Assembly (NCBI GenBank): GCA_963845145.1
Contig: CAWJQU010000004.1
Span: 480,001 to 544,000 of the forward strand
Origin: an uncultured delta proteobacterium
GTDB taxonomy: Bacteria; Desulfobacterota; Desulfobacteria; Desulfobacterales; QNYZ01
Direction of reading: 5' to 3'
DNA length: 64,000 bases
A program made the position numbers and the translations under genes. A model generated the notes under the pieces. The model did no database searches. It had not been told where the DNA came from and worked only from the letters and a program-made list of their open reading frames with translations. This document shows positions 56,247-64,000 of the stretch, piece after piece (the first letter of the stretch is position 1; the number at the start of each line of letters is the position of its first letter).

Positions 56247-57236
56247 TTATCGCATCAGTTGTATAACCGCACCGGTCAATACAATGTTGACCAAGGCGGC
56301 AGGAATCAGCACCTTCCAGCCTAGCGCCATAAGCTGATCGTATCTCAGTCTTGGCAGTGTACCGCGGATCCAGATCATGATAACCGCCACTAAAAATATT
56401 TTTAGTATTAACCAAACCAGCGGGGGCAGTAGCGGCCCGTGCCAGCCGCCAAGAAAGAAAACGGCCGTTAACGCGCCCAGCACTTGAATATGTACATACT
56501 CCCCTAAGAAAAACAGGCCGAAACGCATGCCGCTGTATTCGGTGTGAAACCCTGCCCCCAATTCATTTTCGGCTTCAGGCATGTCAAAGGGGATGCGTTT
56601 GCTCTCGGCCATGGCACTAATGACAAATATTGCAAAGGATATAGGTTGCAGAAAAATATAGGGTCGGCCGGTTTGAGCTTCGACAATCTCCGTCAAGCTG
56701 AATGAGCCGGTCAGCATCACAATCGGCACAAGGGACAGGCCCAAAGCCAGTTCATAACTGACCATCTGCGCGGCCCCGCGGATACCGCCCAACAAAGCGA
56801 ATTTGGAGTTTGACGCCCAACCCCCCAGAGCCACGCCATATACGCCCAGGGAAGAAAGCGCGAACACGTACAAAAGACCCACGTTTAAGTCGGTAATCAC
56901 CATGGGCACCCGATGGCCAAAGAGGTTGATATCCGGGCCGATGGGAACTACCGCAAACATGAGCATGGCCATAATAGCCACAACAGCGGGCGCCAACCGA
57001 AAGATCACGGGGTCCGCCTGATCCGGTAATAGATCTTCTTTGGTCAGCAGTTTGATGCCATCGGCAATGGGTTGTAGAAGCCCAAACGGTCCGACTCGGT
57101 TGGGGCCATAGCGGACCTGCAAGCGGGCTAAAAATTTTCGTTCCAACCATACGAGATAACTAGCCGCCAATAGAAGTACGCCAAGCATGACGACTATTTT
57201 TATGATTAAGATAGCGATACCGATTAGATAAAGCAT
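56247..57236 (-). CDS. nuoH: NADH-quinone oxidoreductase subunit H
   Basis: [36 protein letters not shown] and PRLRYDQLM. Confidence 0.96.
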   Translation of the reverse strand: MLYLIGIAILIIKIVVMLGVLLLAASYLVWLERKFLARLQVRYGPNRVGPFGLLQPIADGIKLLTKEDLLPDQADPVIFRLAPAVVAIMAMLMFAVVPIGPDINLFGHRVPMVITDLNVGLLYVFALSSLGVYGVALGGWASNSKFALLGGIRGAAQMVSYELALGLSLVPIVMLTGSFSLTEIVEAQTGRPYIFLQPISFAIFVISAMAESKRIPFDMPEAENELGAGFHTEYSGMRFGLFFLGEYVHIQVLGALTAVFFLGGWHGPLLPPLVWLILKIFLVAVIMIWIRGTLPRLRYDQLMALGWKVLIPAALVNIVLTGAVIQLMR

Positions 57237-57246
57237 GGCTTTTCGT

Positions 57247-59700
57247 TTACCCTTTTACTTTTTCGGTTGCCTGCTTCACAGCCTTTATTTCGCTTTTAAG
57301 GCGTCGTACCCTTGTATCCTGAAAAATTTGCCATCCCAGTCGATAATGCCGTGGAACGACAATAACATTCCGTGCCACTTTTTCGTCAGCCTTTAGTTGG
57401 AGTGCCAGCTCGTTTTCTCTATTATAAAGAGCGATCCCTTCACTTGCAGAAAGCCCTAATCGATTGATGGTATGTGGGTGCATCTTGGCCCCGGGTGGGC
57501 CCCCAGTCTCACTCAAGACCGTGCTTTGAGTAGAAAGCGTTTCGGTTCCAAAGGTCTGATCCACGAGAAGCAAAACCAAGTTGTCGGAAGCAAACGCTTG
57601 TTCGATCTTTTGTTTATCTTGCGCGAGGCTTTGGTGATCGCCCAATAGCGCCGTCAAATCGATACGGTTCTGCCGATCACCATTGCCTGAAATTGAAATA
57701 GCCGGATGAAAGTCCTTGAGGGCTTTTGCCAACCATAAGTCCGGGGTTTCACCTGTCGCTTTGACCAGACGATTCAAGGCTTGCCAGGCGGGGATAGGTT
57801 GAGCACCAGGGATATCACTTTCAAACACTCTCGGGGGATGGTCATTTTGGCCGGTAATACGAATCGGCTCCCCCCCCTTCAAAGCGGGCTGGGCGGTTTG
57901 AAGACGTCCCTCCTGGTTGATCCAATTTCCGCCGGCCTCATAAATGGTTTGGGTCGGGATGAAATAATGAGCGCTATTATTGATGGGTGACGCCAGATAG
58001 TCCAGACCAACGAGTACCTCCAGCCGGTCGAGGGCGGCTTTGAGTCTTGCCTGATCCGGGTAGTGCTGCCACATATCGCTTTCCACAACAACCAACGCCC
58101 TGATGCGTCCGGCCTCAATTCCCTCAAGGATCTGTGTCATACAAACGCTGTCGCCATCTAAAAAGAGGCCGGCGGCTGCGTTTGCGCCGGTGAGGGTATA
58201 AAAAAGGCTCGTGTTGACATCCGCTCGCCTAAGGGTATCTACAAGCTCGGCTGCCAAAGAAATGTCGTTATGGGTGACAATATCCGTGCCACAAATAACG
58301 ACGGCGCGTTTACTCCATAGCAGTTGCTGGATTAGTTTTGGTAGGCGATTCGTCTCACTCTCTTCCAGGTTATCTTTATCTCCCGAGGTGATGGCATGGT
58401 TAATCTTTTTTATGGTCGCTGCCAGGTCCGCCGGATGGGTGCGCCAATAATCGAAATCAAAAGGTAACGCTACGCCACGCGGGTCAATAACGACCACATG
58501 GCCTCCCCTTAGTTGGGCTTGGCGTAATGACAGGGCCAGCATGGGAGCTTCATTTAACGGGTCGGCCCCGATGATCACGATGGTGTCTGCCGTAGAGATC
58601 TCGCTCAAAGATATGGCTGTTTCGGGGGTAAGGCGAGAGAGTGCGGTTGCCAGGTTTTTTGCGTTTCGTCGCGTCGTCGCCGCTACCGGCCCTAACCATT
58701 GGTTTTCCCGGCAAGCCTGTTTCATCGCGGCCACGGTTTCCAGGCTGCTGCGCATGGAACTCGCCACGGCGATACTATCGGGGCCAAATTGATTGGAGAT
58801 TGTCAAAAGTTTTTCAGCGGCGTTAGCCAGGGCTTCGCCGATTGTACAGGGGCAACCCTTGGCCATCGCTTGACGGGGGCGTTTCTCTAAGCCGGCATAG
58901 GCATAGCCGTACCGGCCGCGATCGCAGATAAAGTAACCGTTGATATCGGTATTGGGACGGGCCTCGTGGCGTACGACTTCACGGTACCTGGAAGAGACCA
59001 CCAGGTTGCACCCCAAGGAGCAATGGATACAGACGGATGGTGATCGTTCGAAATCCCAGCGGCGGCCAAAAAAGCGGGAGGGTTTGTCGGTGTAGACACC
59101 TGTAGGGCAGACATCAATCAAATTGCCGCTAAAAGGACTTTCCAGAGGTCCAGGGGTGCTGCGGCCAAAGTAAACCCTTGAGCCGATGCCCATCACGCCA
59201 AGGTCGCGGTATCCCGTAAACTCCTGGTAATAGCGGGCGCACCGATAACATTGGATACAACGGTTCATCTCATGCTGCACCAAAGGACCCAGGTATTGGT
59301 CCACATGGGTGCGTTTTTTGCCTTTGTATTTGCGCAACCCGTGGCCCCCGGCGATGGTTGTGTCTTGGAGCAGGCAATGTCCACCCTCATCACACACCGG
59401 ACAATCGTGGGGATGATGGAGCATGAGCCATTCAATCACATGCCGTCTGAAATCGACCGCTTCATCATCAATGGTGGAGACAACCATACCGTCCTGGGCT
59501 TCCACCATGCAACTCATCTGAATGCCTTTGACCGGGCCTTCCTTGAATGCCACCGCACAAACCCGGCAAGCCCCCACCGACCCCAGCGCAGGGTGGTAGC
59601 AGAACCGGGGGATGACAATGCCCAATTGTTGTGCGGCGTCAATCACCTTGGTGTTGACGGGGACTTGAATTTCCTGGCTGTCGATTACGAGCTTTGGCAT
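57247..59700 (-). CDS. nuoG: NADH-quinone oxidoreductase subunit G (long form)
   Basis: ATG 59700 (MPKLVID). IPRFCYHP..CRVC, HPHDCPVCDEGG.C.LQ, RCIQCYRC and CIHCSLGC..C. Confidence 0.95.
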   Translation of the reverse strand: MPKLVIDSQEIQVPVNTKVIDAAQQLGIVIPRFCYHPALGSVGACRVCAVAFKEGPVKGIQMSCMVEAQDGMVVSTIDDEAVDFRRHVIEWLMLHHPHDCPVCDEGGHCLLQDTTIAGGHGLRKYKGKKRTHVDQYLGPLVQHEMNRCIQCYRCARYYQEFTGYRDLGVMGIGSRVYFGRSTPGPLESPFSGNLIDVCPTGVYTDKPSRFFGRRWDFERSPSVCIHCSLGCNLVVSSRYREVVRHEARPNTDINGYFICDRGRYGYAYAGLEKRPRQAMAKGCPCTIGEALANAAEKLLTISNQFGPDSIAVASSMRSSLETVAAMKQACRENQWLGPVAATTRRNAKNLATALSRLTPETAISLSEISTADTIVIIGADPLNEAPMLALSLRQAQLRGGHVVVIDPRGVALPFDFDYWRTHPADLAATIKKINHAITSGDKDNLEESETNRLPKLIQQLLWSKRAVVICGTDIVTHNDISLAAELVDTLRRADVNTSLFYTLTGANAAAGLFLDGDSVCMTQILEGIEAGRIRALVVVESDMWQHYPDQARLKAALDRLEVLVGLDYLASPINNSAHYFIPTQTIYEAGGNWINQEGRLQTAQPALKGGEPIRITGQNDHPPRVFESDIPGAQPIPAWQALNRLVKATGETPDLWLAKALKDFHPAISISGNGDRQNRIDLTALLGDHQSLAQDKQKIEQAFASDNLVLLLVDQTFGTETLSTQSTVLSETGGPPGAKMHPHTINRLGLSASEGIALYNRENELALQLKADEKVARNVIVVPRHYRLGWQIFQDTRVRRLKSEIKAVKQATEKVKG

Positions 59701-59714
59701 AATTAAATTTAGGG

Positions 59715-60998
59715 TTAACCCGGTTGTTTGAGTGGGCACCCTTTGCCCTCAATATGCGCCATGACTTCATCTTCAAATAGCGCCAATAAACTTTCAATCG
59801 GTCCGACCCCGCCTGGTGCAAAGGCGCAATAGGATTTCCACAGGTGGCCGCACATGGTTTTGATCCTGGGAATGAAGTCCGGTTCCCCTTGACCGTTTTC
59901 GATACGCTGCAGCAGATCCTTTAAGTAGGGAAAGCCTTCCCGGCAGGGGGTACACCAGCCACAGGATTCACGTCTGAAAAACTCGGTCAGGTTCAATGTG
60001 GCGGCAACCATACAGGTCCGATGGTCGAAAACCATGATGGCCCCAGTTCCCAATCGATTGCGTGCTTTTTTCAGGGAATCGAAATCCATTTCAATATGGT
60101 AATACTCAGGCGTCAAAAAACCTGTGGACGCGCCACCCGGCAGGCAGGCCTTGAAACGGGCGCCATCTTTCATCCCCCCACAATAGGTCTCAATGATTTC
60201 CGACAGCTTGATTCCCAGGGGGAGTTCATAGCATCCCGGGCGGTTGACTTTGCCGGAGACACAAAAAAGTTTGGTTCCGGCGGCATCCGGTGCCAGGGCG
60301 AGGTCTTTAAACCATTGGGCGCCGTTTTTAACGACGTGGGGGATGCAGGCCAGGGTCTCCACGTTTTGGAGCAGGGTGGGTAAATCCCACAACCCTTTAT
60401 CCGTGGGGTAGGGCGGGGGCTGTTTGGGGTTGGGGCGCTTACCTTGTAAGGCGTTGAGTTGAGCGGTAACTTCACCACAAATATAGCGACCCCCGCTGCG
60501 ATGAACAACGATGCGAAAGCTGAAATCACTTCCCAGGATATGGTTCCCTAATAAGCCTGCTTTTTCAGCGATGGAGATCTCTCGTTCCAGAATTTTTGCT
60601 GCCGATTCATATTCCGGCCGGATGAATATGATCCCGTGATCGGCCTGAATGGCATAGGCGGCCAGGATCATCCCTTCGATGAGCATGTGGGGTTCTGCGT
60701 GCAGAAAGACCCGGTCTTTGAAGGTACCCGGCTCCATCTCGTCGGCATTGCAGACCACATAGCGGGGATGGGGGGCGTCTTCCGCTACCGTCACCATCTT
60801 CTGCCCGGCAGGAAAACCGGCACCTCCCCTTCCCAACAGGACGGCATCGAGCACCTTTTCCTGAATCTGCTTGGGTGTTGCCCGGGCAATGGCCTCTTGC
60901 AGGGCTGTATAGCCGCCATCCTGACGGTACTCATCAATAGTTGTGATGCGATCCGGTTTGCGGTTTTTCAACAGAACTTGGGGATACGCGGTCGTCAT
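59715..60998 (-). CDS. nuoF: NADH-quinone oxidoreductase subunit F
   Basis: GRGGAGFP, CNADEMEPGTFKDR, YICGE and ESCGWCTPCREG. Confidence 0.96.
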   Translation of the reverse strand: MTTAYPQVLLKNRKPDRITTIDEYRQDGGYTALQEAIARATPKQIQEKVLDAVLLGRGGAGFPAGQKMVTVAEDAPHPRYVVCNADEMEPGTFKDRVFLHAEPHMLIEGMILAAYAIQADHGIIFIRPEYESAAKILEREISIAEKAGLLGNHILGSDFSFRIVVHRSGGRYICGEVTAQLNALQGKRPNPKQPPPYPTDKGLWDLPTLLQNVETLACIPHVVKNGAQWFKDLALAPDAAGTKLFCVSGKVNRPGCYELPLGIKLSEIIETYCGGMKDGARFKACLPGGASTGFLTPEYYHIEMDFDSLKKARNRLGTGAIMVFDHRTCMVAATLNLTEFFRRESCGWCTPCREGFPYLKDLLQRIENGQGEPDFIPRIKTMCGHLWKSYCAFAPGGVGPIESLLALFEDEVMAHIEGKGCPLKQPG

Positions 60999-61471
60999 GA
61001 TGCATCTCCCCTCAATTTTTCTATTAGATGATCCAGGGATTCGATGGTCAGGGGGCCGTGGGCTTCACGGTTGATTAAAATGGCCGGGGCCCTGTCGCAA
61101 TAGCCGATGCAGCAAACCGGCAGTATCGTAAACAGGCCATCAGCCGTAGTCTCGCCCATTCTAATACCCAGAACCTTTAATAGGTGGGCGACAAGGCTTT
61201 CCTCGCCTTCCATCCAGCAGATCACACTGTCGCAGACATGAATGACATATTTACCGACCGGCTCTCTGTATATAAAGGTATAGAAAGTGGCCAGCTCCTC
61301 AATCTCCAAAGGTGTCATGCCCAACAGGCCTGAGGCCTGATCCATGGCCTCGTCGCTGAAATAGCCGTAGTGGTCCTGCAAGGCATTGATCACATCGATG
61401 GCCAGCTCGCGGGGATGCTCGACGTTGCCGATATGTTCTACTAATTGCTTTTCTAAAGTTGCAGGTATCAT
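60995..61471 (-). CDS. nuoE: NADH-quinone oxidoreductase subunit E
   Basis: ATFY, VCDSVIC and CIGYCDRAP ([2Fe-2S] ligands). Confidence 0.95.
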   Translation of the reverse strand: MIPATLEKQLVEHIGNVEHPRELAIDVINALQDHYGYFSDEAMDQASGLLGMTPLEIEELATFYTFIYREPVGKYVIHVCDSVICWMEGEESLVAHLLKVLGIRMGETTADGLFTILPVCCIGYCDRAPAILINREAHGPLTIESLDHLIEKLRGDAS

Positions 61472-61475
61472 AAAA

Positions 61476-63860
61476 TTAACGGTCGATATCCGGTAAAATA
61501 TAATCCACAGATCCGATAATGGTGATCAAATCGGAGATGGACCAACCTTTGGCCATTAAGGGCATGGCCTGCACATTGGCAAATCCGGGTGCCCGGATGC
61601 GCATGCGATAGGCATAACCCATCCCATCGCTGACGACGTAATAGCCTTGTTCTCCCCTGGGAATTTCGCAAGAGGCGTAGGCTTCTCCCTTGGGAATCTT
61701 AGGTCCCCGGGTGACATTGATAAAATGGTGGATCAGGCTCTCGATATCTTTGAGCATATCTTTGCGCGCCGGGATGGCGTAGCGGTAGTCATCCGTCACA
61801 TACCGCCCGGCCGGCATGTTGTCGGCCGCCTGGCGAATAATGGACAAGCTCTGGCGCATCTCTTCCACCCGGACCAGGTAGCGAGCGTAGCAATCACCGT
61901 TATCCGCGGTGGGAATTTCAAAATCGAATTGCTCGTAACCACTATAAGGAAATGCTTTCCGTAAGTCCCAGGCTAATCCGCAAGCCCGCAAGTTGGGGCC
62001 GCTGACCCCCCAATCCATAGCATCCTTAAGGCTAATGGCACCAATACCCATGGTACGGGCTCGAAAGATGGGGTTGCGGGTGATCAGGGCTTCATATTCA
62101 TCCATTCGGCCTGGAAAAATTTTTACGAACGCGTCCACTTTTTCTTGCCACCCATCGGGCAGGTCCGCTGCCACGCCACCGATTCGAAACCAGGAGGGAT
62201 GCAGGCGGCCCCCGGAAATCATTTCAACGATATCGAGGATCATCTCCCGTTCACGAAAGGTATAAAAGGTAGGCGCCATGGCTCCCACATCATGAGCATA
62301 CGTTCCCAACCAGACGAGATGGTTACTTAGCCGAAACAGTTCACTTAGGAGGACGCGGATACATTGGGCTCGGGATGGCACGGTAACACCGGCCAGTTTT
62401 TCTACCGCCATCACATAAGGCAGGTTGTTGGCGGCCCCGGCCAGGTAGTCCACCCGATCGGTGTAGGGGATAAACTGGTTCCAGTTCTGGCGTTCGCCGA
62501 TTTTTTCTGCAGCACGATGGTGGTAGCCGATCTCAATGTCCATATCGGAAATTTCTTCACCGTTTAAGGCCAGCACGTAACGAATCAAGCCGTGGGTGCT
62601 GACGTGGTGGGGGCCCACGTTGAGGATCAGCTCTTCATTCCCTTTTATGTTTTTCAGGAAAATCCCGCCTTCGGCAGGTTGTAACCGGCGGGCATCATCG
62701 TCCGTGTAGGGTTCCATCTCTGTGGCCCGTCCCGGATACTCTTTGCGTAAAGGATGACCTTGCCAGTGGTCGGGCATCAAGATACGCCTCAGATCCGGAT
62801 GACCGTCAAAACCGATGCCGAACATGTCGAAGACTTCGCGCTCGTACCAGTTGGCCGAAGGCCATAGTTCGGTGACACTGGGTGCTTTGGTTGTGTCTTT
62901 TGGTAAGGGGATTTTCAATCGCAGGCGAGTACCAGATTCAAACGAGAGCAGGTTGTAGACCAGCGTAAATTTATGGTCCGGTTTCGGATCGCGCCGTGTG
63001 GATTCATCAATAGCGGTGACGTCCTCAAGGCGCTGAAAGCGAATGGAAGACCGGGTTTTAAGAAAACCCAAAACCTCCTGAAGCACATCGACAGATAAAC
63101 GGAATACAGCCATGTCGGAAGTCGGCTCTATGGGAGAAACGGAATCTTTAAACCGGTCCGCAAGCTCACGCGTCAATTGTTGATCCGTATCGGACAGTGG
63201 CCGCTCAGCGGCAGGGGGTGTCCACATCACATCAGTACGGCTTTCGTTAAAGTACGGTGGTGTAACAGAGGTGCCCCGGATACGTGTCCCCAACATACCG
63301 GGGCCACGTGGATCTCGGCTTTTTGTTTTGCCGTCAACCAGAAGGGGCTGCTCTGTACCCTGACTACCCCCTGCCAGGTGAAAAATGCGGCGGGCCGGTT
63401 TCTCTTCAACAATTTTTTCCTGAAGCTTGATCAGGCCGGCAAGGACCGCTTCGGGCCGGGGTGGACAGCCGGGAATAAAGATATCAACGGGTAGGATTTG
63501 ATTCACGCCTTGAACAACACTGTAAACATCATACATCCCACCTGTATTTGAGCAGGAACCCATTGAGACAACCCACTTGGGTTCGGCCATCTGTTCGTAG
63601 AGCCGCAAAACCACTGGCGCGATTTTTTTAAAGACTGTGCCGGAGATGATCAACAGATCGGACTGTCGAGGCGATGGCCTTATAACTTCTGCACCGAAGC
63701 GAGCGATATCATAGCGAGCGGTAAAAGCCGTAGCCTCTTCGACAAAGCAACAGGATAGCCCGAAAAACATGGGCCACAAGCTGTTCTTTCGGGACCAATT
63801 GAGTACCATGTCAATGCCGGAAAAGAGGCTGTCTAATTTTTGCCTGGGTTCGGACCCCAC
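61476..63860 (-). CDS. nuoBCD: NADH-quinone oxidoreductase fused subunit B/C/D
   Basis: GGAGG RBS and GTG start. NuoB ([20 protein letters not shown]), NuoC ([25 protein letters not shown]) and NuoD (NVGPHH..HG, DRVDY, DIDR) lie in one ORF. Confidence 0.95.
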   Translation of the reverse strand: MGSEPRQKLDSLFSGIDMVLNWSRKNSLWPMFFGLSCCFVEEATAFTARYDIARFGAEVIRPSPRQSDLLIISGTVFKKIAPVVLRLYEQMAEPKWVVSMGSCSNTGGMYDVYSVVQGVNQILPVDIFIPGCPPRPEAVLAGLIKLQEKIVEEKPARRIFHLAGGSQGTEQPLLVDGKTKSRDPRGPGMLGTRIRGTSVTPPYFNESRTDVMWTPPAAERPLSDTDQQLTRELADRFKDSVSPIEPTSDMAVFRLSVDVLQEVLGFLKTRSSIRFQRLEDVTAIDESTRRDPKPDHKFTLVYNLLSFESGTRLRLKIPLPKDTTKAPSVTELWPSANWYEREVFDMFGIGFDGHPDLRRILMPDHWQGHPLRKEYPGRATEMEPYTDDDARRLQPAEGGIFLKNIKGNEELILNVGPHHVSTHGLIRYVLALNGEEISDMDIEIGYHHRAAEKIGERQNWNQFIPYTDRVDYLAGAANNLPYVMAVEKLAGVTVPSRAQCIRVLLSELFRLSNHLVWLGTYAHDVGAMAPTFYTFREREMILDIVEMISGGRLHPSWFRIGGVAADLPDGWQEKVDAFVKIFPGRMDEYEALITRNPIFRARTMGIGAISLKDAMDWGVSGPNLRACGLAWDLRKAFPYSGYEQFDFEIPTADNGDCYARYLVRVEEMRQSLSIIRQAADNMPAGRYVTDDYRYAIPARKDMLKDIESLIHHFINVTRGPKIPKGEAYASCEIPRGEQGYYVVSDGMGYAYRMRIRAPGFANVQAMPLMAKGWSISDLITIIGSVDYILPDIDR

Positions 63861-64000
63861 TCAAGGCCTCCTTTTACCCAAATATAGACCAACCCAGCCA
63901 TCAATACAAAAATGAAGAAGGAGATCTGGAACCAACCCGCCCATCCAAGGGCATCTCCGGCAATTGCGTAAGAAAAGATAAATGCGCCCTCAAGGTCAAA
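63833..64000 (-). CDS. nuoA: NADH-quinone oxidoreductase subunit A (3' part, truncated by the window edge)
   Basis: Manual translation gives [12 protein letters not shown]...[20 protein letters not shown]. Not in the ORF track. Confidence 0.9.
   Translation of the reverse strand, partial: FDLEGAFIFSYAIAGDALGWAGWFQISFFIFVLMAGLVYIWVKGGLEWGPNPGKN

Overview
64 kb of chromosomal DNA, most likely from a Desulfobacterota (Desulfobacterales-like) anaerobe. This is inferred from gene content and protein style, not from a marker gene. From left to right the window holds: a 190-bp hairpin (MITE-like) element; an ACC deaminase gene (acdS) with GntR and an aminotransferase; an M23 peptidase; and a 13-kb TetR-led lipid/acyl-CoA catabolic operon with unusual fusions (hydratase2-SDR-SCP2, HMGCS-like-DUF35-SDR-SCP2, SCP2-type thiolase, acyl-CoA dehydrogenase, CoA ligase, a FadB/FadJ homologue whose dehydrogenase half looks dead, an Fe-S protein). 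Next come a YhhN gene, recC-(flavodoxin)-recB-recD, an acyl-CoA dehydrogenase and an ABC1 kinase. An 11-kb signalling cluster follows (hemerythrin, REC, HD-GYP-like, HDOD, kinases, one doubly frameshifted hybrid kinase). The window ends with a NifA-like activator, a sigma54 promoter ahead of a DUF4388/roadblock operon, an MFS transporter and a full complex I operon with a NuoBCD fusion (nuoA cut by the window edge). A second family of about 165-bp hairpin elements occurs in two inverted copies. No rRNA, tRNA, CRISPR array or transposase was seen. The strongest candidates for undescribed biology are the fused lipid-catabolic complex, the sigma54-driven roadblock module, acdS in an anaerobe and the strand-asymmetric hairpin repeats. 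Domain calls come from motifs read by eye and no searches were run.
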